Part shown: one piece after another, positions 1-10,822 of the stretch
Layout of the letters: each line of letters begins with the position of its first letter
Position numbering within the stretch: position 1 is the first letter of the stretch
Source of the DNA: Vicugna vicugna
Lineage: Eukaryota
Assembly: GCA_013265495.1 (NCBI GenBank)
Contig: MU063897.1
Span: 6,412,489 to 6,476,488, forward strand
Direction of reading: 5' to 3'
Length of the DNA: 64,000 bases
Made by a program: the position numbers and the translations under genes
The notes under the pieces: model-generated
Told to the model about the DNA's origin: nothing
The model's input: only the letters and a program-made list of their open reading frames with translations
Databases searched by the model: none

Positions 1-517
1 CTGCAAGATCCCGGCTGCCAAGTTAAACTTCTGAATGAGGCTTTTGCCTAGGCAGTCCACTGCTTCAACACCTTTAGTGGGTCACTGCTGCCTATAGAAG
101 AAAGGCCACACTCAAGCTCAGACTTTCTTGACAACCTGAGCTCCCCACGTTCCCTGACACACAACGCCTCTGATCCAGGCAATAGTCATTTGTTCAACAC
201 ACGTGTATCGGGCACCCACTATGTGCCGGACACACTGTTCTACATAGGTTCTTAGGTCCCAGTGTCTGCTTTAGCTGTTTCCCCTGCCTGGAAAGCCTTC
301 CCTTCTACCAGCCCCTTTCTACTTAGCCATCTCTGCCCTCCAGGAGCCACATGATCACTCAGCCACAGTGCCTGCTCCTGTCCTGCACTGACTTCCCTGT
401 GCCTTAGACAAGGGTCTCCCTGATGAGGGTAGACAGACAGCCCAGGACTGGTGCCATAGGACATAACTGCCTGAGATTCATGATGCAAGAGCATAAAATT
501 GGGGTCTGAGGCCCTTA

Positions 518-660
518 CTAGCTCTGTGACCCTGCAGACGACACTTAACCTCTCTGAGCTTTAGCTTCCACATCCCTAAACAGGAACAATCACAGTACCT
601 ACATTGTGGGGTTGTTCTGAGTGTGGTATGAGGTGACAGGGTTAATGTTCTATGTAAATT
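518..660. mobile_element. MIR
   Basis: CTGTGACCCTG....ACACTTAACCTCTCTGAGCTTTAGCTTCCACATC..TAAA core. Confidence 0.6.
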
Positions 661-2379
661 GTAGACAGTGTTTATAAAGCAAACAGGAAATGGGAGATGT
701 GGGGAGGAAAAGAGGGGTTTAGGTTCCCCTGAAGCCTCAAAACCAACAGGCAGCTTAGGGCAAGGGCCACAGGCGCCAGGAGAAGGGTGGCCATGGCTCC
801 ATCCCTTCTCCTGACTCTCTCAGACCTCCTGGAAGCAGTGAGCACTGCCAGCTGGAGAGCCAGTCCAGAGGCCCCTGAGCCTACTCATGGGTAGATGCCA
901 GCCGAAGCAGCCCAAGGACCCTTGTCTATAAGGATCCCTGGCTTCAGCCCCTTACCTATGGGTTTCCTGTCACTGAACTTACCAACATTCCAGCTGGGGA
1001 AATCAAGGCCCAGAGAGACAGAGAGACCAAGACTCCGGCCCCAGACTCCCAGTCTGGCTGGTTTCCCCCAGCCCACATTGCCTCCCCTCAGCCTCTCTCT
1101 CCAAACAGCTGGGCTCATCCTGAGAAGCCAAGCCCTACGGTGGCCCCTGCCCCAGGTTCCCCATGCTCTCCATGACCCCCAAACCCCAGGCATCCCACCA
1201 AGGTCCCTTCAGTCCCTCACAACTGATTCCTCCCAGGCCGGCCTCAGCCGGCCGGCCTCTCCATAGGCCCTCGGGCAGCCAGGCTATACGTTTGGTGAAT
1301 AAAATGTATTGTTGTGAGCCAAGTGGGCTCTGGCCCACTGGCTCATGGAGAGGGGAAAAAGGGACAGGAGCCCAGTGATTAGCTCAGGCCGAGGCCCTGG
1401 TCACAGGCAACACCAGAAGGATGACTGCAAGGGGCCTGGGGCAGGCAAGGGGTCCTCTGTCCACTGCCTTCTCCTCTGTGCCAACCCCCTTATGTTCAGC
1501 TCCCTTTCCTTGCTGGCCCAGCACTTCCCCAGACCTCTGACCCTTCTGTTTTGTCCCCTAACCCCGAGCTTCACCTCTGCTCTCAGGTTTGGGCTGGCAA
1601 AGGGAGATCAGGTGGCACTTACAGAAATGGAGGGGCTTCTAGAAGACCCTTCTGGAAACACCATCCTTCTACCTGCCACCATCTCCATCTAACAGCTGAG
1701 AACACTGCTATCCAGGTTTTTCTACCATTGTCCAGTAAGACAAAGGCTAAAGGCAAGCCTCTGACCCCTGGCCCAGCTCTGCCCACACACAGGGCACAGG
1801 CCCAAGTCCCTGAGGGCCATGGGCAGCCAGGCAGTCCAAGGTCTGAAGGGCCCCCAAGATCAGAGGCAGCTCCAAGCTCTGGATCCCGGAAGCAAGGGAG
1901 CTGTGACTTCATCACAGTTTTAAGGCAACCCCACTCCCACCCCACCACTTGACACTGCCCCCCCAACTCAGCTCAGGGTATGTGAGACTTCAGCTCTCTG
2001 CCTCACATTAACTGCCTAAAGGGAGATGAATAATCTTTGGCTGGTCCATCTCAGAGGGGTTGAAGATGATGGCAGCCTCACCATCACCTGAGCACTCTGT
2101 GTGCCAGACTCCTGGTGAGGTGGTGCTGCTTCCACTTGAAGAGGCTAGAGAAGTTACGCAACCCATCTAAGGAGGCACGGCCAGGACGTGGCAGAGCCGG
2201 AATCAAACCCACACATTCTGTGCTGTGTGGTCATCACCCATCAAAGGGCTCCACGGCTGGACCTGGGACCTAAAAAAGGGTTAAAAGGAGGGCAGAGGGT
2301 ACAGCCAGTGGAAGAGCAAGAGAGGGGTGAGAAGATGCCCGACATGCCGACAAAGGGTGGCTACACATCACAGGGAAGC

Positions 2380-2700
2380 AGGCGGAGAGCAGCCGGCGGG
2401 CACCGGCTCCCACGCACGCATGCCGGGGACACACATGTTCACACACATGCACAGCAGGCAGTACCTGTCACGTCCTTCTTGGGAGACTCAGCCCAGCTGG
2501 AGAGCCACACTTCCGAGTCCCCCCCGAGAGCAAGCAGCAGCAGGAGAGAAGAGAAATCAGAGGAGGAGAGAGAACCGTTAGGCAGGCAGGAGGTCCACCG
2601 GCGAGTGGCTGCAGGCGCCGCGTTGGGCCGGCGGAAGGCGGGGGAGGGGAGGGGAGTGATTTCCTGGCCCTGGGACGGCTGCTGGGCGTGGGCCTGAGTG
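2380..2700. promoter_or_regulatory. Small CpG-rich patch around exon 7
   Basis: About 11 CpGs in 2590-2690 and a further cluster at 2380-2430, against a CpG-poor background. Confidence 0.4.
2465..2509 (-). CDS. SH3PXD2A: SH3PXD2A 45-bp symmetric exon: (V)WLSSWAESPKKDVT(G); exon 7
   Basis: Peptide is visible in ORF 2439..2819(-) and follows DYGSSKRKS in Tks5. Acceptor GGAAG after a long pyrimidine tract, donor CAG|GTACTG; phase 1 to 1. Confidence 0.93.
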
Positions 2701-3720
2701 ATTACAGAGGCGCTGGGACACTGCCGGCCAGGACGAGGATAATGAGGTGTCTGCAAAAACGCAGGAATCCTCTGGAGCACAGAGAATCCTACACAATCTC
2801 TGTCTGGAACAGGGCCCACGGGTTATCGTTGCTCTGGAGAAGGCAGCCTGAACCTTTCTCTCTGGCTATGTGGGTGGCTGACCCCAGAGGGCCTCATGGC
2901 TCCAAAGATCCTCACCAGGCCAGCAGGCTCAGCAGCCTGGGCCTGGAACCTTCAACATCCAGGTTGGGGAGTCCAAGGCCTGTCTCCAGTCTCCGGGCAC
3001 CGCACTCCTGGGCCTGTGTCTTGTCCAGCCCTTGCCCCAGCCCCAACCATTGAGGACAGACAGGCCCTGGCAGAATGGGAGGAAACCTCCTTTTAAAGAG
3101 TCTCACACCCCAACTCCAACCCAGAAGGATGGGGACCTTTCGTGACCAGAAGAGATGAGGCTCTATTGCAGGCTCAAAGAGTCATGTGTGATCTGGGCCT
3201 GTTTCCTCTACAGTGAAATGAGGTTAAAAGCTGTCCTCCTGTCAAGAGGGAAGGACAAAGTCAAAGCACCTAAAACAGCTTAAGATTGTGAGATGTGCTA
3301 TAGTAACATAACAAGGCAAGAAGCTCTTAGCCTAATTAATGTGTGAACATTTCTAGACTATCAGAGGCTCAGCACGTAACACTGATCATCCACCTATAGT
3401 CACAGTGGCTCATTTACACCCGACAATCCCTTGAGATACGTACGCATTTTTTGCCCCATTTTACAGGGGTGGAATCTCTGAGTTTAGACAGGGAAGGAAC
3501 CGGCCCAAGTGCACACAAGGTCAAAGTAGCAGAGCCAGAAATGGAACCAGGTCTGGGACACCCCAGCTGGTGCCTCCTCTGCTGAACTGCTCATGGCCTC
3601 CCGAGGAGAACAGCACTGGCTATAGCGGGGACCACAAGACGGAAACGTGGAGGTGCACGTCTGAGAGGCAAACCCTCGGCCTGCCCACCCAGCGCTGGCC
3701 AGGAGAGCGAGCTGCCTGAC

Positions 3721-3900
3721 AGAGTAATGACAATCACAACAGCATTCACTGCACATCCAGCGTTGTGCTGAGCACTTACATGTAACAAGTCATCTGTTTT
3801 CCACAATAAACCCACAGTGACAAGGTACTCCCTCCGTTTTGCAGATGAAGAAAATGAACCAGAAAGGTGAAGTTCCTTGGCCCAAGGTCACACAGCCAGT
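3721..3900. mobile_element. MIR
   Basis: CCGTTTTGCAGATGAAGAAAATGAA..AGAAAGGTGAAGTT.CTTGGCCCAAGGTCACACAGC core. Confidence 0.65.
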
Positions 3901-3943
3901 ACAGTGCCCATCTCTTGTGGGGACACAGGCTTCAGGCTTTGGC

Positions 3944-3979
3944 TTGATACCACTCACCATTTAAAGTGAGTGGTATCAA
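3944..3979. repeat. Perfect 14-bp inverted repeat TTGATACCACTCAC-(CATTTAAA)-GTGAGTGGTATCAA
   Basis: Arms 3944-3957 and 3966-3979 are exact reverse complements. Confidence 0.95.
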
Positions 3980-4864
3980 ACTAAAGGACCTAACTCTCCC
4001 TCATTCAGCAAGCCTCCCTCCAATTGCAGGCTGGCTCCCACACAGAACCGGGAAGCCTGGCCCTGCCGGTCCTCACTGTGAACCAGGAGAGTGGAGCTCT
4101 CACGGAGAGGCTTGGTGAGACCTCTGGAGTCTGTCTGGATTCAAATCCAGGCTCTGACCCCTTTGATAAAGTCTCTGAACCTGTCCCCTGGGCATATCCC
4201 ATGAGCTTGGTTCAATCAGCTCTTGGGGCATCAGGAAAATCAGACTCCTGGAGTTGCAAGGACAAGACCTGGATGGCAGCTCAATACTGGATGCACCAAG
4301 AAAATGCTGGCACCCAGAGATGCTTCCCACAGACAGCCCCGGACACCGGGTCCGCTAGAACTGGGGGCAGAGGGACTCTGGGGGGCTACACTCAGCATCC
4401 TGTGGCCAGAAATCTCCTGGGACAGCAGGAGCCAGGCTGGCCCTGCTTTCATGTCCCGGGTGGGGCAGGGCTGGTAAGACAAGGCAGACACACTCAGAAG
4501 CTTTAAACTCCTGTGGCCGAGTGGGTCTGAGTTCAGAATGCAGGGCTTCATTGCCTGGTGCCAGATCTTGCTGGGGCTGACTTCTTGCTCCTGTGCCCCA
4601 CATGTGGCCAAGTGGGCCGCCTCTCAACAAGGCCATCCTAACGCCCTAGGGCAGGCCTATTGCCAGGTGCATCCCAGCCCTGGGCTGAGCCAGCTAAGAG
4701 GTTACCCACACCTCTGTCCTTCTCTGCTGGCTTTGTTACTTTGTACACTTTCCTTTGGGGTTTTCAGAAGGAAGCCTTTTGGGAAGTGCTAATGTCTGTC
4801 AGTGAGCCAAGGGAAATTACCTGGCTAAGGGCCTGGAGGACCCAGGAAGACGTGTTCTGCTAGA

Positions 4865-5092
4865 GGAGGAGCGACAGACTTTCTGTAAAGGGCCAGATAC
4901 TAAAGGTCAATACTTTAGGCTTTGGGGGCCACGTGGTCTCTGTTGAGACTACTCACCTCTGCTGTTTCAGTGCAGAAGCAGCCCCCAGCAATCCGTAGAG
5001 GAATGAATGAGCTGTGTGCTAATAAAACTTTATTTATAAAACCATGTGGTGGGCTGGGTTTGGCCTGTGGGCAGTGGTTTTGCCAGGCCCTA
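4865..5092 (-). mobile_element. MER58A-like hAT-Charlie non-autonomous DNA transposon
   Basis: TTCTGTAAAGGGCCAGATA..AATACTTTAGGCTTTG..GGCCAC..GTCTCTGT...AATAAAACTTTATTTATAAAA...TTTGGCCTGTGGGC matches the recalled MER58A consensus over about 225 bp. Confidence 0.8.
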
Positions 5093-8000
5093 GGCTAGGA
5101 GATGAGGTTGTCAGAGATGGGGAGCTGTTCTCTTTCAATGGGGAGATGCTCTAAAACCCCAGGAGAGAGAAGTGGGGGCCATTGGCCCACCTGGACTAAA
5201 TGCTCACAAGGCCTTTGCTGCTTGGTTGGGTTTTTCAACAATCATCTTGAAGGGTCTGACGCCCTTCCAGGACTTTGGGGTGTGGGCATTTGGGCAGGCC
5301 AGGGGGAGTGGACAGGGAAAGATCCCTCAGCCTCTGGAAACCGAGTCCCCACTCCTAAGTGTGGAACAACTCAAGCTCATGCCCACCCGCCCCCCACCCC
5401 GCAATAAGCAAGCCTTCCCTCTTTCCAAAGGAAAATGGGAAGCGAACCAGAAACGAGCCTGTCTTTTAAAAAGAAAAGACTTTTTAAAACGTGATTTATT
5501 TCCCAGTCCCCCTGGATCCGCAGAATTAATCCAGTTCCGCAGCTCCCACCCCAAATTTCCCCTCTTTGGAGTGCCTTCTCTCCAGCCCACCCGAGCAAGC
5601 CCTCTCCCAGGGTGGGGAGGACCCCCACCTCCAGCTCATTACAATGAACAGAGGAGAGGCCCCTGGCTCACAGACCCTGGCCCCGCCCTCCGGCCAGTAG
5701 ACCAACAAGGCTGCTGGCTCAGGCCTGGGAAAATGGCGAGATGGGGAGACAGGGTGAAGGAGAAAGAGGCAGGCGCAGCCAAATGAGCAGCTGTGAGTGA
5801 CACGAAACAACTGCTTCCTGCCCTCCCTGCTGTCTCCATCCCCCTCTCTCTGGTGACAGAGTAGACTACGGGCCCTTGTGGAAAGCAAGGGGCGTGAGAC
5901 TGGGAATCTGCACAACTGGTTTTACTGTGAACTGGCTGTGTGACCCTGGGCAAGTGGCTTGACTTCTCTGGGCCTTGATGCTCTTATCTGTAAAATCAAG
6001 CATTTGGGCCCACTGATCTCCAAGATACTTGTTTAACGTTCTAGACTCTTCCAGCAGAAACCTGCTAGCCTCCATAATGTAAGTGCACCACAGCTGAAAC
6101 ATCTTTCCTGAGAAACAGACTGCCTTTCCAGGGAAAACCACTTGAACACATTCTCAGTATATGAAACTCAAGTGAAGAAGGCCAACAGTTGGGAGGCAGA
6201 GAGGAACTGGAGCAGGAATTTTTTTAAATCTTGGTTTTTGTGCTTACTCTGCTCAGCTCACTGATTCTGGGGCATTTAGCAAACCTCTAAGCCTCTTTTC
6301 CATCTGTGAAAAAGGGTGATAAAAATACCTACCTTGTCATCTTCATAGGGCTGCCTTAAGAGTGAAATGGCCTATTGCCTGTGAAAGGTTTTGGAGGGGC
6401 AGGAATTAGGCCTCTGGAACACAGAAGGGGAGTGGGTGACAGGGACAAAGCTGGGAGACAGGAGGCATGGGGACAGGGTCCCTCCCTTGGCCATTCCACA
6501 AGACTCGTGTCCCTGCCACACCCATTCCTCCTGGCTTGCCAGACCAGCAAGAATCCAGGCCCAGAGAAAACCAGGTGCCTGCAAATCCCAGCCAAGTACA
6601 GTGACCTGAGGACACATGGATGCTGAACCCGACTCTTGTCAAGTCCAGGTGATTACGAGAAATCAAGAATTTCAACGCTCTAAGTGCCGCCAACTTTAAG
6701 GACGTTCCCCGCAAGCACATATACACCCAAGTACTACATAATAAACACCTGGAGAGACCTAAGTTAGGAAATGGACTCTTATTGGTTCATAATAAGGTTT
6801 CTGTTAACATTGAGTAACTCCAGAGCAGTGAGAATTGGGTTCAATTTACCCAAATCTAGTCTCAAAGCATGCTTCCAGGAATTCTTCCCTGGTGTAAAGC
6901 AAGTTCCACCCATCCAAACTAATAAATCCAGAGTGGGCTGCGAGCCCAGGTGGGAGAGACAGGAGAACAGCCAACAGCACAAACTCCTCGGAGAATGAAA
7001 GCAAACCAAGGGCTCAGGGCGACCAGGGCAGGGTCACCCGCCTTATCGGCTTACACAGCCCCCGCCCTGGGCTCCTGGGAGGGGAGGAGAAGCAGGGCCC
7101 CTGCACGGAATGAATCCCCCACTTCCATCTTCTCTGCATCCCTCCAGTCTTCAACATCTCAGCATACTGAACACTCAAGACCCCTCCCTCTTTGGGAATT
7201 CTATTGTTCTTACCTCACTGCAGCCTTGAACTGGTTTCTGAATATCTGTTGTATTCTAGTCTTTTCCCTCCTTTTGTAAAACTGAACTTTGCGTAGGGCT
7301 AAATTTCTTAGGTTTCCTCCAGATGCCACATGTTTCTTTTCCTTTTTGACTAGGCCATCAGGGAACTCGGCCACTGCTTTTAGGCCATCAACTAATTAGG
7401 GCCTGACAGCTGCTATTCAACAGTCCTGTTATTTAATAGGAGGAGGAGGAGCTGCTACTTTTTCATGAGTAGAGCACTTCTCTTGTTGCAGGCACAGTAC
7501 TGTCAAAGGCACATAGTAACTCAGACCTTTACAAGAGCCCTACAGGGCTGACAGTCCTTCACAAAGAAGTAGTTCCTTTACCAGCTTGGCCTACTGATAT
7601 ATAGTGCCTGCAATGGGTCATTGTGCTCAGAGCAGCAGAAACAGAGGCACAACAGTGAAGTGATATGAATGGCAGCCGGGAAAAGCATGGCACGAATTCA
7701 GATGGTGCAGCCGGAGAACAAGCCATAGCTCAAACAGGACTTCTAACCCAAAGTCACAGTTGGGAAGTTGGCAAGTGTCCAGTTATAAGGTGGATGAGCT
7801 GCTGCTCCCCTGGGCAGCTGTCTGCAGTCGCTCCAGGGGAAGCAGCAGCCTCTAGTTCGTCATCAATACCTATGGCATGAAAAAAAATCATGCCCTTGGA
7901 CTGGAGGAGTGAGGGGTCAATGCTGCAGCCCAGACCGCCCCCTTCACGCATAGCCTCCAAGGCAGAGCTGGCTTCAGGCACGTGATCTGCACAGGTGCAC

Positions 8001-8950
8001 AGGGACTCACACTTGGAAGGGTCCTGTGCTTGGTTTCATATCCTTCTGTCCCCAATCTGAGATCTTTAATAATTTATGAACAAGAGGCTCTGTAAATTAT
8101 GTAGCTGGTCCTGCGCAAGGTCTAAGGGTTCTGGGCCACAGATTTCTGAGCTAAATAAATTACCTCTAAAGGCTGGAAGGAGCACACTGGGGACTCAGGA
8201 CCACAGAGGAGAAGAAATTTGCCTAAGATCACACAGCAAGGTAGTGGCAGGGCTGGGGCTGGAACAAGCATACCAGTTCCCACTTTCTCAACACGCATGC
8301 TAGGTACTGGGCTAAACATTCAATGAGCATTAGCTAATTTCATCCTTACAACAACCCGTGTTTTACAGATCCAGAAAGTGAAGCTCAGGAAAGTTAAGGT
8401 TTTTCCCAAGGCCCCACAGCGAGACTTCAGCCCAGGCAAACTGGCCAAGAATTGGGAACAAGGGAGCATAAAAACAGGGGATTTCATTCTCTGGTTCTTC
8501 CCCGGCCACTGGCCAAGGGAGGCTCTTTTATATCTGTTGAGTTTCTCTTAATAAATGTCGTCATATTCCTATTCATTTTGCTCTCAGTAGGAAGGGGCCT
8601 GCCTCCTTCCCCAGAAGCTGCCTTTCCCAGATTCCAGAGTCCATGCAGGGGCAGCCCAACCCGGGGTGGGAATGCAGCACTGACCCTCTGGCCACTAAGC
8701 CACACAGTCAGAGAACAGTCGGTCTCCTGGCTCAGGTGGGGAATGGGGTGGGGTGGGGGCTGGGCCTGAAGCCATTCCACAGCCCCTTAGGGACTGAGTC
8801 CAAGGGCACCCACCTAGGCCATGGCTGGGGCCAGCACAGATGGCCCAACCCAAGTGGGTGGACTGAGAGGCCAAGGATGCTCCCAGGAGCACTTCAACTG
8901 CCTGGGTGCAGGGGCTGGGGGGAGGGCTGCCCTGGCAGGAGGTGGCCAGC

Positions 8951-9016
8951 AGGTCTGCCTCCTCCTTCCACCCTGCAGGGGGCGGCCGGTAGGTCTGCCT
9001 CCTCCTTCCACCCTGC
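8951..9016. repeat. 26-bp direct repeat AGGTCTGCCTCCTCCTTCCACCCTGC, 40-bp period
   Basis: Exact copies at 8951-8976 and 8991-9016. Confidence 0.95.
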
Positions 9017-10755
9017 TCGAAAGACCTTCAGCCTCTTGGTTAAAGACAAGTGCTGTGGTGAGTCAGATGGGCCGTGGGCGGACAGAGGGGCGCTGTGTGG
9101 GGAGGCCGGCTGGGTTCTGAGCCTCGCTTCCAGCAGCTGCTGCCTGACCCCGCTGCAGCCCTTTGGGTGGCGGCCTCCCCCTAAGCCCTTGGGTTCTCAC
9201 CTCTCCCCACGCCGGGGCGCTGGTGTGCAGAGAAGAGACAAACTCAACACTGTTCAGAGTTCCAGGATCCCAGCCACCCCTCATCCCTGGGGTGGTCTGC
9301 CTTGGTGGTCCTCCCCTACTTACTGGGATAGTCCCCTTCCAATCCCCCACCCACTAGCTCTCCCAGCCAAAGCTGGTGAGGGTGAGGCAGCGGCAGCAGC
9401 AGAAACAGGGGCCAGCAATGCAGGACGAAGGGAGCAGCTGCTGGGTCCCCAGGGCCCCAGCCAGCAGCCCACCCCGCTCCCTGGTTCAGTCTCTACAAGA
9501 GCCGTGAGAGATGGAGTCAACAGCAACGGGCCCAGGACTGACATTACCATCCCAGGGCCATGAAAAGCGCAATGTCTTGTTTTCTCCAGACTGGACTCTT
9601 GCTATCAGAGTATCAATGAATCAACTGCCAACTGTTTAAAGGCAGCATGGCTCCCTCGGCCACCTGCCTGGCACTGTCGGCGCTGCCTATATAGTGCATC
9701 CTCACTGCCCCAGGCCGCCCAGACCCAGCTGGAGGGCAGGCTGGGGCCAGACCCAGCAGGCAGGGCTCCGTGCGGGGACCCGTGGTGGGTGGGGGCGACC
9801 ACGGGGTTGAGTCCTGGAGCCTGTGCATCTGTAACGGGGCCCCACTTTTGGGGCAGCGCTCATGATGCTTCAGCTGATGTCTGGCTGGATATTGCCACTG
9901 GCTGGAGCGGGCGGGGCTAGGGATGAAGGGCCAGGGGCTGGGGCAGAGCACACCTGCAAGATGAGGTTGAGGATGACCCCCATCAATGTTTGTTTGCTTC
10001 CCTCATCTTGCGCTTGGCAGGACCTCTGTGTTGTTCACTGATAGTGTCAGCTGGACAGTGCTGTAGTCCTAGCAAGTATCTGGCACATAGTAGGTGCTTA
10101 ATCAAAATTTCTGAGTCTCTCCAATCAGATCTGAAGTTCCTTCAGGGTCTTAACCCTGTCAGCATCCTCACAGCACACCCAAGACAGTAGGCGGTGCCTA
10201 GAAAGTCTTCGGTGGCTTATGGAAGGACGAATACTCGGTGCACTCAGTCCCAAGGGGTTCACAGGGAAACTGAGGCCCAGCTTACCCCACTGCTCCAGGG
10301 CCTTCTTGGCACCCAAGTCCCTGCATTGCCTCTCGTCCAGGTCTTACCTAGGTGGCCTAGGACACATATGGGCATTCTCAGGCCAGAAAGACCCTAAAAC
10401 TAGCTGGTGCTATGCAGAGTAACTCATGGGCAGGCCCCCAACCCCACAGAACATCCCTGGAAGGCTACAGGCTTCCAGCATCTGCTGTGAAGTTCTTCAA
10501 AGAGATTAAAAAAATTTTTTTTATCCATAACCAATATGGTCTATGGCAAGATGGATGTTGCAGGAAATGGGAGTCTGAGCAAAAACAACTGGCTTATCTA
10601 TGATGTCTGGTGGGAGCAGGGCTCAGCAGGGCTCGGCGCAGCCTCCCAGGGTGTGTGCCTGGAGCCCGGGGGCCTTTCCTCACCCCCATCTCTCTCTTGC
10701 TCTGCGTGGGTTTGGACCAATTGCCTGAGCTCTCAGATGCCACGTAAACAGAGCA

Positions 10756-10822
10756 GTGTGTGTGCGTGTGCGCGCGCGCGTGCGTGCACACGCGTGCGCA
10801 CACACGCGCGCACGCACACACA
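10756..10822. repeat. (GT)/(GC)/(CA) alternating purine-pyrimidine microsatellite
   Basis: 67 bp of uninterrupted RY alternation read directly. Confidence 0.9.

Noticed and set aside
2510-2819. Open frame extending exon 7 upstream by ~100 codons (LLLLLAL could suggest a signal or TM segment)
   Set aside because: No in-frame ATG (the track start is GTG); the Leu/Ser run is the polypyrimidine tract read in frame.
8643-9563. Longest ORF in the track (306 aa, +) and similar long ORFs (30766-31416, 40576-41166, 48687-49430, 59179-59916)
   Set aside because: No recognisable domain, G/P/A/R-biased composition expected from GC-rich non-coding DNA, several run through microsatellites or MIRs, and none has supporting splice or promoter structure.
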